This document shows positions 25,727 to 34,000 of a DNA stretch of 64,000 bases, one piece after another (the stretch's first letter is position 1; each line of letters starts with the position of its first letter). The stretch spans positions 1-64,000 of the IMG/VR virus record IMGVR_UViG_3300043256_000274. The stretch is one strand, 5' to 3'. The position numbers and the translations under genes were made by a program. This stretch comes from a virus. Under the pieces are notes generated by a model that had not been told where the DNA came from, did no database searches, and saw nothing but the letters and a program-made list of their open reading frames with translations.

Positions 25727-26925
25727 CCCTTCACGCACACGATCTGCCTCAATTCAGTGACGATCTCGACCAGGTCTTCCTGGTTCTTCATCACCGTGTC
25801 GATGTCCTTGTACGCGGCCGGGATCTCATCGACCACGCCCGCGTCCTTGCGGCAGTCAACGCCGACGGTCTGCGCAGCCAGATCGTCGGCGGTAAACCGA
25901 TGCTTCGCTTCCGTCCTACTCATTCGGCGGCCGGCCCCGTGGGAACAAGACTCGAACGAGTCCTTGTTCCCACGTCCCCTCACGATGAATGACCGGGTGC
26001 CCATGCTACCCGGGATGATCCCGAGCTCACCTTCGCGAGCCGAGATGGCACCTTTGCGCGTGAGAATCACATTCGCTCCGAAGTGGTTCTCACGCGAAAC
26101 GTAATTGTGGTGGCAGTTGGTCCCTCCCGCGACGACCTTCATCTGGGGGAAATAGTGCTCGACTTCGGCGAGCACTATCTTCATCATCGCCTCGCGGTTC
26201 GCCAGCGCGTAGGACTGGGCCCAGGAAACAGCTTCGATGTAATCATCGAAGTCGCTCTCGCCTTCTGCAAAGAACGCGAGATCCTTGTCAGGCAGCGTGA
26301 TGAAGTAGCGCTCCATGAGCTCCTTCGCCCGAGAGATGAAGTAGTCGGCGATGACCTTGCCAATGTTGCGCGATCCGCTGTGCAGCATGATCCACACCGA
26401 CCCTTCGAGGTCGAGACAGATTTCGATGAAGTGATTCCCGCCCCCCAAGGTGCCAAGCTGCGAGTTCAGGTGTGCCGGCGACTTCCAGCGGATCTTCGGA
26501 TGCTTCTGGATGATCGGCTCCCAGGTGCGGTGGAGCGCGGCGAGATCGGCGAGCGGCTCGCCTCTCTTGCCGCGAGGCATATCCTCATGGCTGTTGAAGC
26601 CTACGGGGACGCTGCGCTCGATAGCGCAGCGTACCCGTCCCATGTTGTCAGGGAGATCCATTGTGTTCAGGTTCGTCTTCACGGCCATCATCCCACAGCC
26701 GATGTCGACGCCAACCGCGGCGGGAATCACCGCACGCTTCGCGGCGATTACGCTCCCAACCGTCGCACCCATCCCCCAATGCACGTCGGGCATCGCCGCG
26801 ATGTGCTTGTGAATGAACGGCATGGCAGCGAGGTTTCGGAGCTGCTGCAGCGCCGAATCCTCGATGTCCTCAGTCCAAATCTTGATGGCCGTACCATCGG
26901 TCGGCGGTAGAACAAGTGCAGGCAT
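25723..26925 (-). CDS. rtcB: RtcB RNA ligase
   Basis: MPDVH.G.G, VGVDIGCG, LGGGNHFIE, HSGSR, HHN, IPGSMG, HGAGR, AYKDI. Confidence 0.95.
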   Translation of the reverse strand: MPALVLPPTDGTAIKIWTEDIEDSALQQLRNLAAMPFIHKHIAAMPDVHWGMGATVGSVIAAKRAVIPAAVGVDIGCGMMAVKTNLNTMDLPDNMGRVRCAIERSVPVGFNSHEDMPRGKRGEPLADLAALHRTWEPIIQKHPKIRWKSPAHLNSQLGTLGGGNHFIEICLDLEGSVWIMLHSGSRNIGKVIADYFISRAKELMERYFITLPDKDLAFFAEGESDFDDYIEAVSWAQSYALANREAMMKIVLAEVEHYFPQMKVVAGGTNCHHNYVSRENHFGANVILTRKGAISAREGELGIIPGSMGTRSFIVRGRGNKDSFESCSHGAGRRMSRTEAKHRFTADDLAAQTVGVDCRKDAGVVDEIPAAYKDIDTVMKNQEDLVEIVTELRQIVCVKG

Positions 26926-27302
26926 CAGGCTTTCTTTCCGTGCTTGAAGGGTCGGGTCTTGTTGTATTCGTGCTTGACCAGCGCCGCGGTACCGAGGTCA
27001 ATGCCTCGAGCCCCGCAGTAGTCGGCCAGGCGCAGGAAGATGTCGGCGCACTCTTCCTCTTCGCAGGTCAAGTCGGGGCACTTTGCGGAGGGCTCATCCG
27101 GCCCTCTTCGAACACACTCGATGACCTCGGCGACCTCGCAGGTAATCAGACCCAGCTTGGCGACCAGGCCCATCGGGGTGTAGCACTCCTCACTCCAGAA
27201 ACCATTCTTGACCACGAGCTCATGGGCGTTGCTCACGACTCGCGCGATGGCGTCGATGAATTGCTTGCCCGATGCCTGTGGTTGTCCGGCTGGTCTTCTC
27301 AT
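26925..27302 (-). CDS. MazG-like nucleotide pyrophosphohydrolase
   Basis: LI..EVAE..E..R, EEE.AD..LR..D, YNKTRPFKHGK. Confidence 0.85.
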   Translation of the reverse strand: MRRPAGQPQASGKQFIDAIARVVSNAHELVVKNGFWSEECYTPMGLVAKLGLITCEVAEVIECVRRGPDEPSAKCPDLTCEEEECADIFLRLADYCGARGIDLGTAALVKHEYNKTRPFKHGKKA

Positions 27303-28531
27303 GATACTTCGAGGGTGAAGGTTGCGTCGCACTGAGGATGCGCACATGGGATTCCGGAGAGGCCTTCAAGCGGCCATCCACTGACGGGCATGTCGACCGG
27401 GAAGAGCGTATTGCACTTCATACACTGAATCTGAACGTACGATTCGGCTGGCTGCGGGAAGCTGCGACCGACGCGCATGTTCTTGGCCTTGCCGGTGCTC
27501 AGGTCGATGTCGCCGGTGATTGCCTCGCGGATCTTCCGGCCTTGCTCGCTATGTATGGGATGGTTCTGGAGATTCGGCTCCGCGCAACTGATTCGGCCGG
27601 TCACGGTCTGCCACTGCCTGCGAGCTTCGCCAGTGTCGACTGGCACTGTGTCGAGGAAGTCGCGCAGACTTTGGTCCTGTTCGATTGCTTCCTGTACGGC
27701 CTCGTCCATATTGGAGCTGCCAATCGACACGTCCTTGTACTTGTCGTACTGACACTTCGGGTCGTCGAACTTGTTCTTGCACGTCTCAATCGTATGGTCG
27801 TCTGTGTTCGGGTCGGGCGGGCCGTGGTCGAAGCCAGGTAGCGACCTGTCGCGCTTCTCGCGGGTCTTGTGGCAGGTCCCGCAGGTTTCACTACCCAGAG
27901 GAGCGTAGCCGCTGATCGTGCCGGGGATGTTCTCCCAATCGTGCGAGTTCCCCCGCGCCTTCGCTCGGCACCGGAGTTCGTCGACCACACTCTGGACGTG
28001 GGCCGTCGACCATTTGCCATCCACTCCCGATGGAAACCACACGTCGCGGCCGGTCTCTTCCTTGACGATGTCCATGGCCTCTTGGGCGGACCAGTTTCCC
28101 CTAATCGACCTGTTGACGGCATCCCTGCGAAGCCTGATCTCTTCCAGGATGGGATTAGTCGAGGCCGGCATCATCTTCTCGGCTGCACGCTCGATGTCGC
28201 CCAGGGGACGAGCATTCGGCTTGTTCCACGGGTGGTCGTGGCTTAGATCACCCGTAAAGATGTCCAGCCTCGGAGCCGGGTGCAGGTAACCGCTCGGGTC
28301 GACGTCCGTCTCGTCGATCGTGCCTGCCTCGGCAGTCCGCACGAACTCGTCGCCATAGCTCGAGGCTACGAGCTCACCGACCTCGACGCGGTAGCACTTG
28401 TCCGGATCGGCACCAGACGTGGCGAGCTCGCGCATCATGTCTTCCATGGCGCCACGATCCGATTCGGCTGTCACCACCCCACCTTTGAGGAAGCGACCTT
28501 CTTCGTACACTTTCCAGCGTATGTTCTTCAT
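27299..28531 (-). CDS. Mosaic hypothetical protein containing a PolA-motif peptide
   Basis: TVTGRISCAEPNLQNHP...GRKIREA plus several CxxC pairs. Confidence 0.6.
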   Translation of the reverse strand: MKNIRWKVYEEGRFLKGGVVTAESDRGAMEDMMRELATSGADPDKCYRVEVGELVASSYGDEFVRTAEAGTIDETDVDPSGYLHPAPRLDIFTGDLSHDHPWNKPNARPLGDIERAAEKMMPASTNPILEEIRLRRDAVNRSIRGNWSAQEAMDIVKEETGRDVWFPSGVDGKWSTAHVQSVVDELRCRAKARGNSHDWENIPGTISGYAPLGSETCGTCHKTREKRDRSLPGFDHGPPDPNTDDHTIETCKNKFDDPKCQYDKYKDVSIGSSNMDEAVQEAIEQDQSLRDFLDTVPVDTGEARRQWQTVTGRISCAEPNLQNHPIHSEQGRKIREAITGDIDLSTGKAKNMRVGRSFPQPAESYVQIQCMKCNTLFPVDMPVSGWPLEGLSGIPCAHPQCDATFTLEVS

Positions 28532-28664
28532 AATCAGTCGGTGTGAATTCGTGCAACGCAGATTCCGAATATGAAATAGAACCGGTAGCTGTGGTGTCCT
28601 CCGTTTGCCGCAGGCACTTTGCGATGGCTCGTGGAAAACGGGAATCGCATGTGGCTCCAAATGA

Positions 28665-29000
28665 TCATTTGATCAGCTCCTTCTCTACGACCCAAAAGGT
28701 CGGGCCATCGTCGTAGGCGGCGCAGTAGAACACCCACGGAGAGTCACCAGCGACCATGGACTCATTCAGCCCAAAGCCTTCTTCGTTGATGTCTTGCACA
28801 AGTAGCTCGTCAGAGGTAGATGTGCCCAGGGAGACGATCTCTTCGACGGTCAGCTTCTTCTTGCCGTCGTCTTCTCGCCACCGATTCACGTCGCGTTCGA
28901 TTCGGCTGGCTGCAGTCTGGATCGACTCGTCCTTGTCGGCGAACACGTCGACCTCGGTGCCGTAGTGGCGATCCTTTTGGATCAGGCAGTAGACTTTCAT
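28665..29000 (-). CDS. Hypothetical protein
   Basis: Starts just after the promoter motif. Confidence 0.6.
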   Translation of the reverse strand: MKVYCLIQKDRHYGTEVDVFADKDESIQTAASRIERDVNRWREDDGKKKLTVEEIVSLGTSTSDELLVQDINEEGFGLNESMVAGDSPWVFYCAAYDDGPTFWVVEKELIK

Positions 29001-29006
29001 AATGAC

Positions 29007-29037
29007 AGTGTATCGGACAATGACGGGTCAGGCTTGA
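29007..29037 (-). promoter_or_regulatory. sigma28-like promoter, copy 2
   Basis: TCAAG-N14-GTCCGATA. Confidence 0.55.
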
Positions 29038-29798
29038 GAAAATTCGACTCCCATGCCCTCCAAGGTGGGGTGGATGAGTTCGAGCACGCCCTGAGCGTAC
29101 TCGCGGATCTCGAATTGTGCATGGGAATCCAAGCGCTGCTCCAGGAAGTGGAGCACCGCTTGGAGCGACACCGTCCAGTAGCACTCGCTGTAGATGCTCG
29201 GCGGAAGGACTAGCCTGGCTAGTTCTTTCGCCACTCCGTTGTCAAGCATCGCCTGGTAGGCGTTGGTGGCGGCGTATAGCGCGTGCTCCATCCACTGGTG
29301 CATTACGCCGGTCAACTCTCCGTCGTTGGCGCTGGCTTGTTTGTCTACGGCAGTATTACGTCGAGCCACATCAGGCATGTAAAATACCGGTTCCAGTACC
29401 TTGTAACGTCCCGACTGCTCATTCCAACTGCAGCCCTTGTCGGTGTCGGCCATGATGTCACTGGCCTCAACATGGCACCCGTCGTTGATCTCTGTTGCAC
29501 CGATGACTCCAAGAGGGGTGCCATCGGTGAGGTTATATTCTCGCCAGTTGGAGTCAACTTGGTGCTTCCACATTTGTCTGAAAACAAACAATGGAGCTCT
29601 GATATGAAAGGTGAAATGCGCGTGCCGGAACGGGGAAGTGTGACCGTTGCCGAGAAGGAAGGCAATCAGCTTCCGGTCTCGCTCTCCAAGCGAGTCGGAA
29701 TCTGAGCCATAGCTGCAGCGAGCAGCGCGGACAACCGAGAGTCCTGGGTGACCGCTCTGATCGACGAGCTCAACGAACCCATGGTCAAGAATCTTCAT
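29028..29798 (-). CDS. thyX: FAD-dependent thymidylate synthase
   Basis: LDHGFVELV, AARCSY, HTSPF, APLFV.RQ..KH, SWNEQSGRY, KELARLVLP, HAQFEIREYA. Confidence 0.92.
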   Translation of the reverse strand: MKILDHGFVELVDQSGHPGLSVVRAARCSYGSDSDSLGERDRKLIAFLLGNGHTSPFRHAHFTFHIRAPLFVFRQMWKHQVDSNWREYNLTDGTPLGVIGATEINDGCHVEASDIMADTDKGCSWNEQSGRYKVLEPVFYMPDVARRNTAVDKQASANDGELTGVMHQWMEHALYAATNAYQAMLDNGVAKELARLVLPPSIYSECYWTVSLQAVLHFLEQRLDSHAQFEIREYAQGVLELIHPTLEGMGVEFSQA

Positions 29799-30126
29799 TC
29801 GGCTTCTTGTCCAGTTGGCCGACGACGTGGCTGAGGTATCTGACAGCCTGGATCCAGTCGTAGGCGTGGAAGTAGCGGGGTCCGTGGGTGATCCACTGCT
29901 CGGACTCTTCGGTGATTGGATTGGCGTCCGCCTGGGTCCAAGTGACACTCAGCACGCGCTTACGCCACCCAATCGTGAAGGTGCCTCCGTCGCAGACGAA
30001 CAGGAACCACGGATCCACCTTGCGTTCCTCCACGTACGATTCCGGCCAGTACCCGTTCGGCAGTTCGTGAACTTCGTTGGGCTCGATACCGGACAGCAGT
30101 GCCAGCGCCATGATCTTGTCCTTCAT
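29785..30126 (-). CDS. Hypothetical protein
   Basis: ELPNGYWP, PWF, IGWRKRV phage motif. Confidence 0.7.
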   Translation of the reverse strand: MKDKIMALALLSGIEPNEVHELPNGYWPESYVEERKVDPWFLFVCDGGTFTIGWRKRVLSVTWTQADANPITEESEQWITHGPRYFHAYDWIQAVRYLSHVVGQLDKKPNEDS

Positions 30127-30128
30127 GG

Positions 30129-30404
30129 CTATTCGACCTCCTGGAGTTCGTTCTCATTCAGCCACTCAACGAGGCATGAGAAAATCACATTCTGCATGCT
30201 CTGTTCGGGCCGTCCGTCCATGCCGATGACCGACCAAAGGTTGATATCCGACTCCATCTGGACGATGAGCCACCTGTAGTGTTCGACGGCATCGGTGACA
30301 ACCATGCCGCGCTGCGGGATGGCCTCTTTCAGTTCAGGAGGCGCAGACTTGAGTATCCAGCGTGTTTTGACCATTGTAGGAATTTCCAATTCTGGGAGCG
30401 GCAA
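30129..30404 (-). CDS. Hypothetical protein
   Basis: Fills operon gap. Confidence 0.5.
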   Translation of the reverse strand: MPLPELEIPTMVKTRWILKSAPPELKEAIPQRGMVVTDAVEHYRWLIVQMESDINLWSVIGMDGRPEQSMQNVIFSCLVEWLNENELQEVE

Positions 30405-30442
30405 TTTTGGCGCGGTGGCGGAGTGGGTGGGTGTGGGTCAGC

Positions 30443-30823
30443 CTAGAACGGCGTGTCGTCGGTGTCGTTTTCTTCTCTCGAAGAAGCGACAGCAGATCCA
30501 TTGCGCTTGCTACCGACGAACTCCCACGACTCGGCGACGACGCTCATCTTGTAGCGCTTGTCGCCGGTGTTGCGGTCGTTCCATGAGTCCATCTTCAAAC
30601 GGCCTTCGAGGAAAGCGAGGCTGCCCTTGGAGTGGTACTTCGCGAACGCTTCCGCTCGCTTGCCCCACATGGCGAAGTCCACGAACGTGACTTCCTCTCT
30701 CCAGCCGTCGCCGTCCTTGACACGACGATTGAGTGCGATGGAGCAGTTGCCGTCGACTCCGAACTCCCTGAGCTCGGGATCCTTGGACAGGTGACCGAGT
30801 AGGGTGACTGTGTTGACGCTCAT
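30443..30823 (-). CDS. ssb: Single-stranded DNA-binding protein
   Basis: VN.V.L.G.L..DPELR, WGK.AE, KGS...EGRL, acidic DDTPF tail. Confidence 0.93.
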   Translation of the reverse strand: MSVNTVTLLGHLSKDPELREFGVDGNCSIALNRRVKDGDGWREEVTFVDFAMWGKRAEAFAKYHSKGSLAFLEGRLKMDSWNDRNTGDKRYKMSVVAESWEFVGSKRNGSAVASSREENDTDDTPF

Positions 30824-31005
30824 GATCTGTTCCGCTGCCGCGCTTTGCGTGCAGACTTGTTCTTCCGTCGCCGGTCGGCGACGCGCTTATTGTAAGGTAC
30901 CTTGGATTCGCTGATGCTGCTGCCAGGTGACTTCGACCAGATGTCCGGACTTTCGGCTCTCAGACCTCTAAGGGCCTCCATGATCTTCGTGAGGGGGTTT
31001 ATCAT
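30820..31005 (-). CDS. Small basic protein
   Basis: RRRKNK.ARKARQRNR tail; ATGA-coupled. Confidence 0.55.
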   Translation of the reverse strand: MINPLTKIMEALRGLRAESPDIWSKSPGSSISESKVPYNKRVADRRRKNKSARKARQRNRS

Positions 31006-31376
31006 GGGAGGATCAGTTGGGGCCGGAGGATTGAACCCATGTATTTCAACTCCAGGATAGTGACGATAGTCTCATACCCAACCTTGGCGTCTGGGTAACA
31101 GTTAGCAAGGATCTGAGCGGCCCCGGACCATGTTCGCATGATCGGGTCATTCACACACTCCAGTAGGATCGCAGGCATATCGACCACTGATCCAACCCAG
31201 CAAGAGAGGGACAGCGCCGTGCCCAGGGACTTCCCTTGGGCATCAACGAGCTCAACTGTAATCGGCTTGCCGTCCTCTAGTCGAGTCGTGCGCTCGGCCC
31301 ATTTTTCACCGAGACGCACGGTCGAGAAGAGCTGGTTGGTCAGGTTGACCGGGTTGCGGAACGCCAGCTTGTGCAT
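31002..31376 (-). CDS. Hypothetical protein (ASCH-like start)
   Basis: FSTVRLG.KW. Confidence 0.55.
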   Translation of the reverse strand: MHKLAFRNPVNLTNQLFSTVRLGEKWAERTTRLEDGKPITVELVDAQGKSLGTALSLSCWVGSVVDMPAILLECVNDPIMRTWSGAAQILANCYPDAKVGYETIVTILELKYMGSILRPQLILP

Positions 31377-31379
31377 CTG

Positions 31380-31700
31380 CTAGAGAGGCGCCTCGTCCGC
31401 GTCCGCGCTTGCCGCGCGATTGGCGAGTTGCTGGGCGCCCAGCCAGAGAGCACCTTGGATGACTCCGAGGATGCGCTGACGCACCGCGTTGGCAGCGCCA
31501 GTCGCGTTCATGGCAGCCATGAGGGCGACGCTGTCGCGCTCGGCGATGACAGCCAGGTCGAAGCCAGGCTGGCCGACGTGCATGGCAAGGACAGCCGTGC
31601 GTTCGGCTGCATAGAGGGCGACCTCGTCGACCGAGGTTGCGAGATCGGCACCGGTCTCCGCGATGGCGGATTCGAGGAGTGCTTTGATTGATTCTTCCAT
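31380..31700 (-). CDS. Ala-rich hypothetical protein
   Basis: Start moved to MEESIK. Confidence 0.55.
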   Translation of the reverse strand: MEESIKALLESAIAETGADLATSVDEVALYAAERTAVLAMHVGQPGFDLAVIAERDSVALMAAMNATGAANAVRQRILGVIQGALWLGAQQLANRAASADADEAPL

Positions 31701-31704
31701 GGGA

Positions 31705-32211
31705 TCAGTCCACAGTCGTAAAGGTCGGAACGAGTTTGCCCGCGAGCGTGACGGTGCCCGTGGGTGTGACCTGGCTGCCGTTGGACAGCCAGCTTTCACG
31801 CGGACGTCTGTAGGTAACGGCGATGAGTTGCTCGAAGCCTGTACTGAAATTACGTAGGCGTTCGCGCAGAGATTCAGCGACTTGGTCGCTCATCTCGCCG
31901 TCATCGACACGGTCCTGAATGCCGCGCTCTGCGTAGGGCAGGAGCATCGACGCCCAGGGGATACGGCGGAGGGCGCTTCGCTCTCCGCCGTCCGCCAGAG
32001 CGGCTTCCAGGTCCGCTACGAGGGAGTCGAGGGATGACCTGTCGGCCAGGTCTCCGTCTTCGACAGCGTCGGCGAGGCCACGCTCGAGGTCGGCTCGGAC
32101 GCCGACCCAGGCGAGCTCCATCGCGGGTACCAGGGTGTTGTCTCTGACCGGAGTGGAGAGACAGGAGGTCGAAACGACAGCTAGAAGCGCTGCCAACAGT
32201 ATGCTCTTCAT
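31705..32211 (-). CDS. Predicted lipoprotein
   Basis: MKSILLAALLAVVSTSC signal/lipobox; RBS AAGGA. Confidence 0.65.
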   Translation of the reverse strand: MKSILLAALLAVVSTSCLSTPVRDNTLVPAMELAWVGVRADLERGLADAVEDGDLADRSSLDSLVADLEAALADGGERSALRRIPWASMLLPYAERGIQDRVDDGEMSDQVAESLRERLRNFSTGFEQLIAVTYRRPRESWLSNGSQVTPTGTVTLAGKLVPTFTTVD

Positions 32212-32274
32212 CTGATTGTCCTTCTGGGATGAGGGCCATTCGGCCCAAGAATTCTCTAATCGTACAGGTGTTTC

Positions 32275-32913
32275 CTACCAGCCGCCACCGGAATCTCGTT
32301 CCTCATCGGTGACATAGCAGGGAAGGTCGTCGAGCTCCGCAGGAAGCATCCCACGGGCGATCTGGTGCTCGACGTGCATCATGCAAGCGATGTTCCAGCG
32401 AGCAGCCGCTAGGTGGTCTTCGTCCCGGTAGCCCATGTGGTGCTTCTCCAGGTGACGCTTCGCACAATTCAAGGCAACCGACATCGGCTGGCCCTTCTCC
32501 CAATTGCGCTCCCCATACTTGACGGCTCCACGCTCAAGCAAGCCGGCGTCCCGCCGCGCCACCATGGGTGACATGAGATCGAAGCGGCCCTTGCCGGTGG
32601 CACCGTCGCGCACGGAGCCAGTGGGAAACTCACGGCGCGTGCCGCTGTCTTTGGTAACAGCGACGATGGACTCTTTCGCATAGTCGACAGCGATGCAGAC
32701 GCTACATAGACCCGTGTTCATATTGGCGATCGGGTCGTGATGACAGCGGGCGCAGAGTTCAGGTTCGGTGGACATCTTTGTGTGCTGGGGCTGGGGGTGA
32801 TCCTCTAGTTCACGGACAGCGTCCGCGTACTCCAAGAGTAGCGCACGAAGCACGCGATTGCCAACGGTTGCCTTCATTGTCTTCGACAACGTCCTAAGTC
32901 CTTCTGAGATCAT
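32275..32913 (-). CDS. dATP/dGTP diphosphohydrolase-domain protein (DUF5664)
   Basis: KDSG.R..F.TG..RD...GKGRFDL, GA.KYG.RNWEKG, EDHLAA..WN. Confidence 0.88.
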   Translation of the reverse strand: MISEGLRTLSKTMKATVGNRVLRALLLEYADAVRELEDHPQPQHTKMSTEPELCARCHHDPIANMNTGLCSVCIAVDYAKESIVAVTKDSGTRREFPTGSVRDGATGKGRFDLMSPMVARRDAGLLERGAVKYGERNWEKGQPMSVALNCAKRHLEKHHMGYRDEDHLAAARWNIACMMHVEHQIARGMLPAELDDLPCYVTDEERDSGGGW

Positions 32914-33413
32914 GCTTTCCTCTTCCTCTTGAACTCGGAGCAGTTGGCATCGGCGATGGCGAGCTCTCGGCCCATGCCGGCAGAGCAGGTAACCTCACCG
33001 TCCTGGCTGGCCCAGCCACGAATACGATTGCGGATGGCGGCAGAGCCTTTCTTATTGGAACACCACACCAGGAACTCGTCGCCGTGATGTCGGATGGCGA
33101 TGGCGTCGCACGGCAGAGCCGCGCGAGCAGCGCGTGTGTTCGACCGGAGCCACAGCCCGAACTCCTTGATGTACTCATCGACGACACCATGGCCCAGGAT
33201 CTTGTTGAGGATACCAAGGCCGTCCATGTCCGCGAAGACGTAGTAGCCCTCGTAGCGACTGCCTGCGATGTACTCTTCGAGTGCCTGCACGTTGAAGATG
33301 CCAGTCAGTCGGTCAGTCCTGACCTGCTGCCTCAGCAGGTCATTCTCTTCCGTGAGCCGGCGGAGTTCAGAGAGGAGTTCCTCGACGGCTGAGATGACTC
33401 TGGTTCCGTTCAT
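32910..33413 (-). CDS. GGDEF-domain protein with variant motif (HGDEF)
   Basis: TD.LTG.FN, DMD, N..LGH...D, RHHGDEF, VTCSAG, AD. Confidence 0.8.
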   Translation of the reverse strand: MNGTRVISAVEELLSELRRLTEENDLLRQQVRTDRLTGIFNVQALEEYIAGSRYEGYYVFADMDGLGILNKILGHGVVDEYIKEFGLWLRSNTRAARAALPCDAIAIRHHGDEFLVWCSNKKGSAAIRNRIRGWASQDGEVTCSAGMGRELAIADANCSEFKRKRKA

Positions 33414-33415
33414 GC

Positions 33416-34000
33416 TCAGTCCTTCTCACTCCAGATGCCGTCGATCAGGCCCCACTCAAGGGCTTGGGCTGCATCAAAGTAAACGTCTGCCCTCTTTCTA
33501 TAGAGGTTCATCCAAAAGCGTTTCGGCTTCTTCGTGTAGCGACCCAGCAAGGTAGCGAATCTACCGCTTTGGAGTTGTTCGGCCTCAGCAAACGCCTTGA
33601 CTTGATCAGGGCTGCCCTTCGTGTCCTCTAGGTAGGTGTCATGGAGCATGAAGATGGTATTCTCCGTTGACCAGCGCTCTCCCTGTTTGCCGCAGGCCAC
33701 AAGCAGCGGAGCAGAGGAGCAACACTTACCGAGCGCGATGGTGTGGATAGGTGCCTTGACGATTCGGGTTACGTCATGCAATGCGAACGCTTCTTCTACC
33801 TCTCCACCATCGGATGTGATGAGCAACTCAATCGGCTTCGTTGGACTTATCGCAGAGAGAAGATAGATGCCACGAATGGCGACGGCTGAGGAGGATTCTT
33901 CTATGTCTCCTTGCAGAAAGATCCTACGACCGAGGATGTCAACTCCGTGGGCGAGTGCAGCCTCAACGCTACCTCTGATGACTTCGGGGTCGTCCTTCAT
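33416..34000 (-). CDS. clpP: ClpP-family protease
   Basis: RRIFL.GDI, PI.L.I.S.GG.V, LGKCCS(S), MLH, D.YF.A..ALEWGLID; Ser-His-Asp triad apparently present. Confidence 0.88.
   Translation of the reverse strand: MKDDPEVIRGSVEAALAHGVDILGRRIFLQGDIEESSSAVAIRGIYLLSAISPTKPIELLITSDGGEVEEAFALHDVTRIVKAPIHTIALGKCCSSAPLLVACGKQGERWSTENTIFMLHDTYLEDTKGSPDQVKAFAEAEQLQSGRFATLLGRYTKKPKRFWMNLYRKRADVYFDAAQALEWGLIDGIWSEKD

Noticed and set aside
33416-34000. ClpP as the prohead maturation protease
   Set aside because: It is far from the portal and capsid genes and has no scaffold extension; not fully excluded.
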